64,000 bases of DNA, from contig CAVYGB010000002.1 of NCBI GenBank assembly GCA_963767925.1, positions 1,152,001 to 1,216,000 of the forward strand, read 5' to 3'. Below the pieces are notes generated by a model. That model searched no databases. It was given only the letters and a program-made list of their open reading frames with translations, and was not told the origin of the DNA. Position numbers and translations under genes: made by a program. Positions within the stretch are counted from its first letter, which is position 1. Every line of letters starts with the position of its first letter. The stretch is from an uncultured delta proteobacterium. Lineage in GTDB: Bacteria > Myxococcota_A > Polyangia > Fen-1088. This document shows, in pieces, positions 17,920 to 27,841 of this stretch.

Positions 17920-18930
17920 CTACGAACGCTTACGGCGAATCTTCTTGATTCGCACAGGCTTCTTGCCCTTGGCGGGCGCCGCCTTGGCCCCCTCGGCCTC
18001 CCGGGCCGCGATCTCGTCGGTCGCCTTGAGGACGTTCTCGGGCACCTTCATGTGCTGCGTCTCGAGGGACTTCCGGTACCACTTCATGGCCTCGTTGACC
18101 GACTTCTGCCAGTCCTCGGGGTACTCGAAGAAGGCGAACGACTTCTGCCGGTAGACCAGGTTGGCGTAGGTCATGGCCTGGTGGTACTTGGGCGAGAGGG
18201 CGACGGCCTTCTCCAGGTACTTCACGGCCTTGTCCGCCAGATCGACGCGCTGCTGGCTGACGATATCCCCGAAGCCGAAGGCGGGATGAACCTTAACTTC
18301 CCGGGGCTTGTTCGGGTCAGGTCTGGGATCGTGCGACGACTTCTCCGGTCCGCCGCCCTTCTGGAAGAGCTGGTTGTAGATGAACACGCCGGCCGCGTAC
18401 TGCGCCTCGTGATCGTTGCTCAGCAGCTCCGCCTTGCGGTCGTACCACTCCAGCGTCTCCTCGAGCTTGTTCGCCTTCGAGTAGACCTGGATGAGGCCGT
18501 TGACCGCCTCGATGTCCCGCGGGTTCTTCTGGAACCGGTCCTGGTACATCTTGGCCAGCTCGTCGAACTCGTCGTTGTCGAAGAGCGTCTGGACGTAGAG
18601 CATCTCGCCGCGCGGGTCCTGGGGCGCGAGCCCGCGGTAGCGGGTCAACGCGTCCTTGGCGCACTTCGCCGCGGCCGCGGTCTCGGGCGTCTTGGAGCCC
18701 GGGACGAGGATCTGCCGGCAGGTGTAGCCCTTGTTGAGCCAGAGCTGCGGCAGCTGCGGAACGAACTGCTCCGCTTGCTCGAATACCCCGATGGCCTCCT
18801 TGTATTGGCCGTCGCGGTAGTGGCGATTACCCTCCTGCACCAGTCGGCGGCCGCGAACTTCGCTGCAACCGGCGGAGGTGAGTAGAGCTGCGAGAAAAAG
18901 GAAAACCTTGCGTGGCGACCTTGCGCTCAT
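17920..18930 (-). CDS. TPR lipoprotein
   Basis: Lipobox TSAGC; TPR-like GNRHYRDGQYKEAI, YLEKAVALSPKY; first gene of the ton operon. Confidence 0.8.
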   Translation of the reverse strand: MSARSPRKVFLFLAALLTSAGCSEVRGRRLVQEGNRHYRDGQYKEAIGVFEQAEQFVPQLPQLWLNKGYTCRQILVPGSKTPETAAAAKCAKDALTRYRGLAPQDPRGEMLYVQTLFDNDEFDELAKMYQDRFQKNPRDIEAVNGLIQVYSKANKLEETLEWYDRKAELLSNDHEAQYAAGVFIYNQLFQKGGGPEKSSHDPRPDPNKPREVKVHPAFGFGDIVSQQRVDLADKAVKYLEKAVALSPKYHQAMTYANLVYRQKSFAFFEYPEDWQKSVNEAMKWYRKSLETQHMKVPENVLKATDEIAAREAEGAKAAPAKGKKPVRIKKIRRKRS

Positions 18931-19139
18931 GATCTCCGTGCCCGATAGCGGCGGTTTCGTTCCGACCTTTGTACGAAACTCGGAGGGAATTACATACAAC
19001 GCTCCTGTGCGGCGGCGCAAGCCACATATGGCCAAGAAAACCGGATCTGAAGCGACTCCACGCATGCTTTCGTTGCCGCCCGTTGCCGTCGACAAACCGA
19101 GTTCCCGATTGATTTCGACACCCGACCCGCTGGACGTGG

Positions 19140-20387
19140 CTAGTCAGGCAGCGTGCGCTCGAGCGAATAAACTTCGAGCTGTCCGCCGCCGCGACTGAAG
19201 CTCTTGTGCTTGCGCAGGACGGCGGCGTGACCACCCGCCGCGATCCATGTCGCCGGGCGGTCATCCATGGGGGCCCGCAGCAGCCGCTCGACCTTCGGCT
19301 GCAGCGTCCCTTTCCCCGCCGGTCCCTGGGCTCGCGCGGCATCGGGCACCACCCAGTACAGATCGAGATAGGAGGGATCCTTCTTGCGACGCGCTAGCGC
19401 CTCGGGGTGAAGGGGGTCGATCGCCATCGAGAACAGCAGGGCGTCGCTGCCCGGCAACTGCCGTTCCTGCAGCGTTGTGACGTCGTAGTAGCGCAGGGGC
19501 ACCGGCAGATCGAGGGGGCCGCGCCGGCCCTGGAAGTCGACCAGGTCGAAGATCGTCGCGTCGGGCGAGAGCACCGCGAACAGGCTGCGGCCGGGCAGCT
19601 TGCGGCGCAGGTCACTGGCGGCGGCCCAGGCGTAGCGGTCGCCGATCTCCGCCTCCCACTTCCACTGGCCGGTTGTGGCGTCCAGCACCGCCGCCCGGTC
19701 GGGCAGGCGGACGTCCCGCTCCTTGTCGTATTCGCCCGGACGCAGCCCGATGATCTCGGTGTAATTGTTCTGCCAGTCGACCGCGCGCATCGGCGGCTTC
19801 TGCAGCTCGCGCGCCTTGTTGATGATGTACGAGCTGGTCGGCCCCACCCGCGACAGCCCATCGAGCCGGTGGCGCGCCACCTGGATGACCTCGCCCTTGT
19901 CGGCCGCCGTCTTCGACAGGGCGACCAGGTAGGGCGTCCCCTCCTCCGAGGCCAGCCCGAAGTCGGCCATCGGACCGACCAGGCGGGCCGGCTTGCCCTC
20001 GGCGTCGAAGTACTGGGCCGAGCGACGGCCCGATCCGGCGTCGCGGCTGACCAGCACCACGCCCTTGCCGCCCGGCGCGATGGCCAGGCGCTCGAACTGA
20101 CGCTGGGGATCCCGCAGGGCGATCGCCTTGCGGGGCTTGCCCGACAGCAGGTCGATAAGATCGATGCGGGCGAACGACGCGGAGTCGGTCAGCAGGACGG
20201 CCAGCAGCCCCGACTCCGGGTCGAGGGCGAGGATGTCGTCCATGAAGCCCTTGTCGACCTTGATGGTGAAGCGGGCCTCGGCAGGCGGGCCGCCCGGTAC
20301 CGGCGGCGGATACTCCTCGGCCCATGCCGGGACGCTCCACCCTGCCAGCACGAGCGCGAGGACGCGAAGGAGGTTCGTTCTGCGCAT
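19140..20387 (-). CDS. Exported hypothetical protein (possibly beta-propeller-like)
   Basis: 415-aa ORF with signal peptide (VPAWA|EE); beta-rich composition. Confidence 0.7.
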   Translation of the reverse strand: MRRTNLLRVLALVLAGWSVPAWAEEYPPPVPGGPPAEARFTIKVDKGFMDDILALDPESGLLAVLLTDSASFARIDLIDLLSGKPRKAIALRDPQRQFERLAIAPGGKGVVLVSRDAGSGRRSAQYFDAEGKPARLVGPMADFGLASEEGTPYLVALSKTAADKGEVIQVARHRLDGLSRVGPTSSYIINKARELQKPPMRAVDWQNNYTEIIGLRPGEYDKERDVRLPDRAAVLDATTGQWKWEAEIGDRYAWAAASDLRRKLPGRSLFAVLSPDATIFDLVDFQGRRGPLDLPVPLRYYDVTTLQERQLPGSDALLFSMAIDPLHPEALARRKKDPSYLDLYWVVPDAARAQGPAGKGTLQPKVERLLRAPMDDRPATWIAAGGHAAVLRKHKSFSRGGGQLEVYSLERTLPD

Positions 20388-20550
20388 GGCGGCGCGATTA
20401 TCGGATCTAAACGGAAAATACGCCAAACCCGGCCCGCCGCGCGGGGGGGGAGCCGCCCGGAGGCGACTCACGCGGGCGCCGTCGAGTTGGGCGCGAAGCG
20501 CGCGGGCGGTGCGGGGCCCCGGGGCGGTTCAACATTGTATAGTCCCGCGC

Positions 20551-21144
20551 ATGCGGCGCGCGAACGTCGAGCGCATAACCAAAGAAACCCAGATCCGGCT
20601 GACGCTGGAGCTCGATGGAACGGGGGTCCGGCAGATCGGCACGCCGCTGCCCTTCTTCAATCACATGCTCGAGACGGTCGCCCGTCACGGCCTGTTCGAC
20701 ATCGACCTGCACGCCCGCGGCGACGTGGAGGTCGACGGCCACCACACCGTGGAGGACGTCGGCATCTGCCTGGGCCAGGCCTTCAAGCAGGCGCTGGGGG
20801 AGAAGCGCGGGATCGCCCGCTTCGGGTCGGCCACCATCCCGATGGACGAGACCCTGTGCACCGGGGCGATCGACTTCGGCGGCCGGGCCGCCTTCGTCTA
20901 CCAGGCCGACCACCTCAAGAGCCGCTGGATCGGCGAGTTCGACGCCGAGCTGGCCCGCGAGTTCTTCGGGGGCTTCGCCAGCACCGCCCTGTGCAACCTT
21001 CACCTCGAGGTGCGCTACGGCGAAAACGCCCACCACATCGTCGAGGCTCTGTTCAAGGCCTTCGCCCGCGCCCTGCGGGCGGCGGTCACGATCGACCCGC
21101 GCGAGGCGGGCATCCCCTCGACAAAGGGGACGTTGACCGCGTGA
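20551..21144 (+). CDS. hisB: Imidazoleglycerol-phosphate dehydratase
   Basis: RITKETQI, FFNHML, DGHHTVED, IPMDE, NAHHIVEALFKA, PSTKG. Confidence 0.97.
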   Translation: MRRANVERITKETQIRLTLELDGTGVRQIGTPLPFFNHMLETVARHGLFDIDLHARGDVEVDGHHTVEDVGICLGQAFKQALGEKRGIARFGSATIPMDETLCTGAIDFGGRAAFVYQADHLKSRWIGEFDAELAREFFGGFASTALCNLHLEVRYGENAHHIVEALFKAFARALRAAVTIDPREAGIPSTKGTLTA

Positions 21145-21776
21145 GCACCGCCTCGCCCCGCGTCGTGATCGTCGATACCGGCAGCGGCAATCTGCGCAGC
21201 GTGGAGAAGGCGGTCACCGTCGCCGGCGGGCGGGCCCAGGTGTCGGCCGACCCCGCCGCGGTGGCCGGCGCCGACAAGGTCGTGGTCCCCGGCCAGGGCG
21301 CCTTCGGCGGCTGCGTGGCCGGCCTGGCGCGCGAGGGCGGGGCCCTGCGCCAGGCGGTGCTCGAGGCGATCGGCGCCGGCAAGGGTTACCTCGGCATCTG
21401 CCTGGGCCTGCAGGTCCTGTTCGAGGGGAGCGACGAGCAGCCCGACTGCGCCGGCCTGGGGGTGTTGCCCGGACGGGTCGAGCAGTTCCGGGTGCCGCTC
21501 CCCCTCAAGGTGCCGCACATGGGCTGGAACGCCTGCCTGCGCGGCCCCGCCGGCGACAGCGCCACCTTGCGGGAGACGCCGGACGGCGCCTACTTCTACT
21601 TCGTGCACAGTTATTACCCGGCCCCTGCCCGCGCCAGCGACGTGGCCCTCTGGTCCGACCACGGCGGGCGCTTCTGCGCCGCCGTCGCCCGCGACAACAT
21701 CTTTGCCTGTCAGTTCCATCCGGAAAAGAGCCAGGCCGCGGGGCTGTCGCTGCTCCGCCGGTTCCTGAGCGCGTGA
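21141..21776 (+). CDS. hisH: IGP synthase glutamine amidotransferase subunit
   Basis: GNLRSV, PGQG, GICLGLQ, PHMGWN, YFVHSY, QFHPEKS. Confidence 0.97.
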   Translation: MSTASPRVVIVDTGSGNLRSVEKAVTVAGGRAQVSADPAAVAGADKVVVPGQGAFGGCVAGLAREGGALRQAVLEAIGAGKGYLGICLGLQVLFEGSDEQPDCAGLGVLPGRVEQFRVPLPLKVPHMGWNACLRGPAGDSATLRETPDGAYFYFVHSYYPAPARASDVALWSDHGGRFCAAVARDNIFACQFHPEKSQAAGLSLLRRFLSA

Positions 21777-21810
21777 GCGGCGACGTCATCCGAGTTTGAG
21801 TGGGTTTCAA

Positions 21811-22548
21811 ATGCTGGTATTTCCTGCCATCGATCTTCTAGGGGGCCAGGCGGTGCGCCTCGAGCAAGGGCGGCGCGAGAGCGCCAAGGTCTACTCGCGC
21901 GATCCGGCGGCGCTGGCCGAATCTTTCCACGCCGCCGGGGCCACCCGGCTGCACGTCGTCGACCTCGACGCCGCCTTCTCCGCCGGCCGGGAGAACAACC
22001 ACGAGACCATCGCCGGGATCGTGAAGGCCTCCCCCGCCGAGGTGGAGGTGGGCGGGGGCCTGCGCTCGGTCGCCGACTGCGAGCGGCTGTTCGCCCTCGG
22101 CGCCCGCTACGCCGTGCTGGGGACGGCGGCCATCAAGTCCCCGGCGGTGATGGCCGAAGTGTGCGGCCGCTTCCCGGGCCGGATCATCGTGGCGGTCGAC
22201 GCCCGGGGAGGTTTGGTGGCGGTCGAAGGCTGGCAGGAGAGCTCCACGGTCGAGGCGGTCGTGCTGGCCGAGTCGGCCGCCAAGGCCGGGGCGGCGGCGG
22301 TCCTCTACACCGACATCACCCGGGACGGCATGCAGTCGGGACCGGACCTCGAGGCCACCGCCCGCCTGGTGCAGCGGCTGGCCGGCAGCGCCTGCACGGT
22401 GATCGCCTCGGGCGGTGTGGCCCAGCTCTCCGACCTCGAGCGCACCCGGGCCAGCGGCGCCGCGGCGGTGATCGTGGGACGGGCCATCTACGAGCGGGCC
22501 TTCACGGTGGAGGAAGCGATCGCCCGGGCCTCGGGACGGCCGGCCTGA
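21811..22548 (+). CDS. hisA: ProFAR isomerase
   Basis: [43 protein letters not shown]. Confidence 0.96.
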   Translation: MLVFPAIDLLGGQAVRLEQGRRESAKVYSRDPAALAESFHAAGATRLHVVDLDAAFSAGRENNHETIAGIVKASPAEVEVGGGLRSVADCERLFALGARYAVLGTAAIKSPAVMAEVCGRFPGRIIVAVDARGGLVAVEGWQESSTVEAVVLAESAAKAGAAAVLYTDITRDGMQSGPDLEATARLVQRLAGSACTVIASGGVAQLSDLERTRASGAAAVIVGRAIYERAFTVEEAIARASGRPA

Positions 22549-23339
22549 TGCTGGCCCGGCGGATCATCCCCTGCCTCGACGTCGACGGCGGGCGGGTCAA
22601 GAAGGGCGTCCGCTTCCAGGAGCTGCGCGACGCCGGTGACCCGGTGGAGGTGGCCGCAACCTACGACCGGCAGGGGGCCGACGAGATCTGCTTTCTCGAC
22701 ATCTCCGCCTCCTCCGACGGGCGGGCCACCACCCTCGACGTCGTGCGGGCCACCGCCGAGCAGGTGTTCCTGCCCCTCACCGTGGGCGGGGGCGTGCGCA
22801 CCGTCGAGGACGTGCGCACGTTGCTGCGGGCGGGGGCCGACAAGGCGGGCATCAACACCGCGGCGGTGGCCGATCCGGAGCTGGTGCGCCGGGCGGCCGA
22901 CGCCTTCGGCAACCAGGCCATCGTCGTGGCGGTGGACGCCCGCCGCCGGCGCGACCGCGAGGAGCTGGCCTGGGAGGTGTACACCCACGGCGGGCGGCGC
23001 CCGACCGATCTCGACGCGGTAGCCTGGTGCGTGCGCATGGCCGAGCTGGGGGCGGGCGAGATCCTGCTGACCAGCATGGACCGCGACGGCACCCGCGACG
23101 GGTTCGACCTCGAGCTGACCCGCCAGGTGGCCGACCGGGTGCCCATCCCGGTCATCGCCTCGGGCGGGGTGGGCAACCTGCAGCACCTCTACGAGGGGAT
23201 CGCCCAGGGCGGCGCCGACGCCGTGCTGGCCGCCTCGATCTTCCACTTCGGCGAGCACACCGTGCAGCAGGCCCGGGACTACCTGCGCGACCGGGGGGTG
23301 CCGGTGCGGGTGATGCCCCCGGCGGAGGCCAGCCGATGA
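22548..23339 (+). CDS. hisF: IGP synthase cyclase subunit
   Basis: [39 protein letters not shown]. Confidence 0.97.
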   Translation: MLARRIIPCLDVDGGRVKKGVRFQELRDAGDPVEVAATYDRQGADEICFLDISASSDGRATTLDVVRATAEQVFLPLTVGGGVRTVEDVRTLLRAGADKAGINTAAVADPELVRRAADAFGNQAIVVAVDARRRRDREELAWEVYTHGGRRPTDLDAVAWCVRMAELGAGEILLTSMDRDGTRDGFDLELTRQVADRVPIPVIASGGVGNLQHLYEGIAQGGADAVLAASIFHFGEHTVQQARDYLRDRGVPVRVMPPAEASR

Positions 23340-24082
23340 GCGCCGATCCGGGCGCCCCGGAGGAGATCGCCACCGACGTCGAGCGCTTCCTGGCGGCGGT
23401 GAAGCTCGACCGCGACGGCCTGGTGCCGGCCATCGCCCAGGACGCCGCCACCGGCGTCGTGCGGATGATGGCCTGGGCCAACGCCGAGGCGCTGCGGGCC
23501 ACCTTCGCCGACCGGCTCGCCACCTTCTGGAGCCGGTCGCGCCAGCAGCTCTGGCGCAAGGGCGCCGAGAGCGGCCACCTCATGCCGGTGCGCGAGGTGC
23601 GGCTCGACTGCGACGGCGACGCCGTGCTGTACCTGTGCGACCCGGTCGGCCCCTCCTGCCACACCGGCAAGACCTCCTGCTTTTACCGGGTGGCCGCCCC
23701 CACCACCGCGGCCGCTCCGCCGCAAGCGCCGGCCGCCCTGCGCGAGGACGACGGCCCCGGGGAGGCGCCGGCCGCGATCCTCTCGCGCCTGGCCGGCGTG
23801 ATCCGCGCCCGCCGCAGCGAGGCCCCCGACAAGTCCTACGTCGCCTCGCTGCTCGGCAAGGGCGTCCCCAAGATCAACGGCAAGATCCTCGAGGAGGCCC
23901 GGGAGGTCACCGAGGCGCTCAGCGAGGGCGACCGCCCCCACATCACCCACGAGGCGGCCGACGTGATCTTCCACCTCCTCGTCGGCCTCGAGGCCACCGG
24001 CGTCCCCCTCGACGACGTGTTCCGCGAGCTGCAGCGCCGCTTCGGCACCAGCGGCCACACCGAGAAGGCCGCCCGGGGCTGA
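23336..24082 (+). CDS. hisIE: Bifunctional phosphoribosyl-AMP cyclohydrolase / phosphoribosyl-ATP pyrophosphatase
   Basis: [46 protein letters not shown]. Confidence 0.95.
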   Translation: MSADPGAPEEIATDVERFLAAVKLDRDGLVPAIAQDAATGVVRMMAWANAEALRATFADRLATFWSRSRQQLWRKGAESGHLMPVREVRLDCDGDAVLYLCDPVGPSCHTGKTSCFYRVAAPTTAAAPPQAPAALREDDGPGEAPAAILSRLAGVIRARRSEAPDKSYVASLLGKGVPKINGKILEEAREVTEALSEGDRPHITHEAADVIFHLLVGLEATGVPLDDVFRELQRRFGTSGHTEKAARG

Positions 24083-24114
24083 ACCGGCCCCGGCGCTGAG
24101 GTACCGCCCGGGCC

Positions 24115-26145
24115 ATGCTGCTGGAAGACGCCGTCGTCGACGTGCTGGGCCCGGGCGGGGCGCTGTCCGCGGAGATCGTCGGGTACGAGTCGCGGCCGGG
24201 GCAGCTCGAGATGGCCCGGCGGGTGGCCCGGGCCATCGACGGAGACGAGCGCCTGCTGTGCGAGGCGGGGACTGGCACCGGCAAGACCCTCGCCTACCTG
24301 GTGCCCGCCATCCTCTCGGGGCGCAAGGTGGTGGTGGCCACCGGGACCAAGACCCTGCAGGACCAGATCGCCCGCCTCGACCTGCCCCGGCTGCAGGCGG
24401 TGCTCGACGAGCGCTTCGACTTCCAGGTGATGAAGGGGCTCGGCAACTACGTGTGCTTGCGCCGGTTCCACGAGCACACCCGGCAGCAGCACCTGGGCCT
24501 CGGCGGCGCCGCCGACGAGGTGGCGCGGGTGGCGGCCTTCATCGAGACCTCGGCCAGCGGCGACCGGGCCGAGCTGGAGGCGGTGCCCGAGGACGCCCCC
24601 ATCTGGCGCGAGGTGACCGCCGCCCCGGAGCTGCGCCTGGGCAAGCGCTGCGAGTTCTACGAGCGCTGCTTCGTCACCCGCATGCGGCAGCGGGCCCAGG
24701 AGGCGCGGGTCGTGCTGGCCAACCACCACCTGTTCTTCGCCGACCTGGCCCTGCGCTCGCACTGGCCCGAGGCGCAGGTGTTGCCGCCTTACGAGGTGGT
24801 CATCTTCGACGAGGCCCACCAGATCGAGGAGGTGGCGACCGAGTTCTTCGGCCTGCACGTGTCGTCGCAGCGGCTGTTCGCCCTGGCCCGCGATCTGGGC
24901 CGCACCGGGACGCCGCCCGCGGCGGCGCCGCGGGTGAGCTCGCTGGCCCGCCGGCTACAAGTGGCCACCGACGCCCTGTCCGGCGCGATCCGCGATCGCC
25001 TGCCCGCGCCCCGGCCGGGGATGGACGAGGTGCGGGTGCCGGTGCCGGAAGATCTGTGGGCCGCGCGCGGCGCCGCCGCGCCGGTCGCCCGTTATCACGA
25101 GCTCGACACCGTGCTGGAGGAGTCCGAGCGCCTGTTCGCCAGCCTGGCCCAGGGGGAGAACCCGGGCCACTCGGTCTCGGCGGGGCCGAGCAGCGACGCC
25201 CCCTCGGCGGGCGAGGCGGCGGTGTTCGACGGGCTGTCGCGCCGGGCGGCCGGCCTGCGCGGCGAGCTCGGCGCGATGATCGATGGCGGCGTCGGGGCCA
25301 GCCGCAACCACGTCCGCTGGATCGCCGCGACCGTGCGCAACCTCAGCCTGCGCGCCTCCCCGGTCGCGGTGGCGCCGCTGCTGGCCACCGCCTTCCAGGC
25401 CCACCCCGGGCCCATCGTGTTCACCTCGGCCACCCTCACCACCGGGCAGGGCTTCCGCTACGTGCGCAACCGGCTGGGGCTGGACATCGACGCGGCCGAG
25501 GCGGTCTTCTCCTCGCCCTTTCGTTTCGAGCAGCAGGCGCTGCTGTATCTGGCCTGCGACCTGCCCGATCCCGGCAGCGACGGGTTCGCCGCCGCCGCCG
25601 CCGCCCGCATGGCCGAGCTGTGCGCGCTGTCGCGGGGGCGGGCCCTGCTGCTGCACACGAGCTTTCGCAACCTGCGGATCACCGAAGCGCACTTCCGGCG
25701 GGCGGCGGCCTTCCCCCTGCTGGTCCAGGGCGAGCGGCCGCGCCACGTGTTGCTGCGCGAGCTGCGCGAGCGGGTCGGCTCGGTGTTGCTGGCCACCCAG
25801 AGCTTCTGGGAGGGGGTGGACGTGCCCGGCGAGGCCCTGTCCCTGGTGGCGATGGACAAGCTGCCGTTCGCGGTGCCCGACGACCCGCTGACCGCCGCCC
25901 GCATCGCCTCGATCCGCGAGGAGGGGGGCGACCCCTTCGCCAGCTACCAGCTCCCCGGCGCGGGCCTCGCCCTCAAGCAGGGGTTCGGCCGGCTGATCCG
26001 CACGCGCCGCGATCGCGGGGTGGTGGCGATCCTCGACGGGCGCATCGCCCGCCGGCACTACGGAGCGATCTTGCTGAGCGCCCTGCCCCCCGCCTGCCCG
26101 CGCACCGAGAGCCTGGAAGACGTCGAGCAATTCTTCGCCAGATAG
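24115..26145 (+). CDS. dinG: DinG/YoaA-family ATP-dependent helicase
   Basis: EAGTGTGKTLAYL, KGLGNYVC, DEAH, TSAT, FWEGVDVPG, KQGFGRLIR. Confidence 0.92.
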   Translation: MLLEDAVVDVLGPGGALSAEIVGYESRPGQLEMARRVARAIDGDERLLCEAGTGTGKTLAYLVPAILSGRKVVVATGTKTLQDQIARLDLPRLQAVLDERFDFQVMKGLGNYVCLRRFHEHTRQQHLGLGGAADEVARVAAFIETSASGDRAELEAVPEDAPIWREVTAAPELRLGKRCEFYERCFVTRMRQRAQEARVVLANHHLFFADLALRSHWPEAQVLPPYEVVIFDEAHQIEEVATEFFGLHVSSQRLFALARDLGRTGTPPAAAPRVSSLARRLQVATDALSGAIRDRLPAPRPGMDEVRVPVPEDLWAARGAAAPVARYHELDTVLEESERLFASLAQGENPGHSVSAGPSSDAPSAGEAAVFDGLSRRAAGLRGELGAMIDGGVGASRNHVRWIAATVRNLSLRASPVAVAPLLATAFQAHPGPIVFTSATLTTGQGFRYVRNRLGLDIDAAEAVFSSPFRFEQQALLYLACDLPDPGSDGFAAAAAARMAELCALSRGRALLLHTSFRNLRITEAHFRRAAAFPLLVQGERPRHVLLRELRERVGSVLLATQSFWEGVDVPGEALSLVAMDKLPFAVPDDPLTAARIASIREEGGDPFASYQLPGAGLALKQGFGRLIRTRRDRGVVAILDGRIARRHYGAILLSALPPACPRTESLEDVEQFFAR

Positions 26146-26331
26146 ATCCGTGCGGGCGAAAACCAGCAGAGCAACGCGCGATGCTTTTGTTCCCGCGATT
26201 TAACATCGGTCAATAGTCGCCTGGCCCGATCGGGGCCCGCCCGATGGTCGGGGGTTGTCGCTGGTCAGCGCCCTCGATCCGCAACCTGTTGCTTGCTGTT
26301 CCCCGGTGGTGGGCGTAGAAACCAAACGTTC

Positions 26332-26736
26332 GTGAGGTCGGAAGCTGAAGCTGAGCAGGCCGAGCTCATGGCTCGCTATTGCGATGGCGAGTTAGAGGCA
26401 TTTCTCCGCCTTTATCAGATCACCGCGCCACGCATACTCACCTACCTGGCGACCTTGACCTCCGACGCGGTGCTGGCCAGGGACCTGCTGCAGGAGACCT
26501 TTTTGCGCCTGCACGAGCGGCGAAGCCACTACGTGCGCGGAGCCAACCCGGCGCCCTGGATCTCCACCCTGGCGCACGCCTGCTTCCTGCACCGGCAGAA
26601 GCGACTGCGGGCCGCGCGCCGCCGGGACCAGAAGCAAGAGCGCAAGCAGGACCACAAGCCCGATCGTGCGCACGTCCAGCCGGTGGTGCTGGCGGCGCCA
26701 ACGGTTCCGTTTCCGCAGGCGGAGAAGACCCGTTGA
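26332..26736 (+). CDS. ECF-type sigma factor with region 2 only
   Basis: LMARYCDGELEAFLRLY...ARDLLQETFLRL...WISTLA is sigma2; the ORF stops about 40 aa later without a sigma4 HTH. Start uncertain (GTG 26332 or the ATG about 12 codons later). Confidence 0.7.
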   Translation: MRSEAEAEQAELMARYCDGELEAFLRLYQITAPRILTYLATLTSDAVLARDLLQETFLRLHERRSHYVRGANPAPWISTLAHACFLHRQKRLRAARRRDQKQERKQDHKPDRAHVQPVVLAAPTVPFPQAEKTR

Positions 26737-27416
26737 TCCGGAGGGACGCCCGGCTGGCGTCCGCCGAAGGGATGGCGCCGCCGCCAGGGCCTGTCCTGCT
26801 GGCCGCCCTCGAGGGCATGGGCGCCGTCCGCCCGCGCTCGCCCCGCAAGGCGCTGGCGGCCATCGTGGTGGTGGCCCTGGTTTACCCGGCCTTCTTGCTC
26901 TGGCAACTCGGGCCCCGAGCGGACGTCGGGCTGCTCTCGGTGGCCTGGGTGGTGGGCACCGCCGTGGCCTGGGCGGCCGTGACGGCCATGCTGCTGATCC
27001 GGGCGGTGTTGCCGCCCCCGGGAGAGGTGCTCCCCGATTCGCTGCGGGTCGGGCAGATCGCCGCCTGGTCGGCCGCCGCGCTGGTGCTGCTGGGGCTGGT
27101 GGCCACCGCGGAGGCGCCCGGCGCCACCAACCTGTCGACCTTCCTGCACGACTGGTGGGGCTGCACCTCGATCGGCCTGCGCATCGTCGTGCCGGTGCTG
27201 GCGGTGGGCGCGGGGGTGCTGCACGGCCTGCACCCGGTCGGCAGCGGCCGGATCGGCGCCGCGCTGGGCACCGCCGGCGGCGCCCTGGCCGGGCTGCTGC
27301 TGCACTTCGTGTGCGGCCTGAGCAGCGGCTTTCACGTCAGCCTCGCCCACGGCGGCGTCTCGGTCCTCGGCGCCCTCCTCGGCGCCGCCCTCCTCCGCCC
27401 CCTCCTCCGCGCCTGA
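26733..27416 (+). CDS. NrsF/DUF1109-like membrane anti-sigma factor
   Basis: Six hydrophobic segments; WGC...LHFVCG...HVSLAH; TTG start overlaps sigma stop. Confidence 0.7.
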   Translation: MIRRDARLASAEGMAPPPGPVLLAALEGMGAVRPRSPRKALAAIVVVALVYPAFLLWQLGPRADVGLLSVAWVVGTAVAWAAVTAMLLIRAVLPPPGEVLPDSLRVGQIAAWSAAALVLLGLVATAEAPGATNLSTFLHDWWGCTSIGLRIVVPVLAVGAGVLHGLHPVGSGRIGAALGTAGGALAGLLLHFVCGLSSGFHVSLAHGGVSVLGALLGAALLRPLLRA

Positions 27417-27820
27417 CCCCTCACCCCTCCCTCTCCCCGCTGCCGCGGGGCGAGGGCGAACGATGGGCGGGCAGACTCGATCAGCTCCCGATCGGAGATC
27501 CTTCGCGGATTCGTGCGAGTTTTCCCCTCCCCGTTGCCCGTTCGCCCTCGCCCCGCCGCAGCGGCGAGAGGCAGCGAACGATGGGCGGGCAGACTCGATC
27601 AGCTCCCGATCGGAGATCCTTCGCGGATTCGTGCGAGTTTTCCCCTCCCCGTTGCCCGTTCGCCCTCGCCCCGCCGCAGCGGCGAGAGGCGGCGAACGAT
27701 GGGCGGGCAGACTCGATCAGCTCCCGATCGGAGATCCTTCGCGGATTCGTGCGAGTTTTCCCCTCCCCGTTGCCCGTTCGCCCTCGCCCCGCGGCAGCGG
27801 GGAGAGGGAGGGGTGAGGGG
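27417..27820. repeat. REPIN/MITE-like element with perfect 46-bp terminal inverted repeats and a 118-bp tandem triplication
   Basis: 27417-27462 is the exact reverse complement of 27775-27820; internal unit CGATGGGCGGGCAGACTCGATCAGC... starts at 27461, 27579 and 27697. Confidence 0.9.
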
Positions 27821-27841
27821 TCTGCGCGCGCGGCGAGCGGC

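Noticed and set aside
27456..27790. Possible CRISPR array
   Set aside because: Units are identical along their whole 118 bp with no unique spacers, and there are no cas genes in the window
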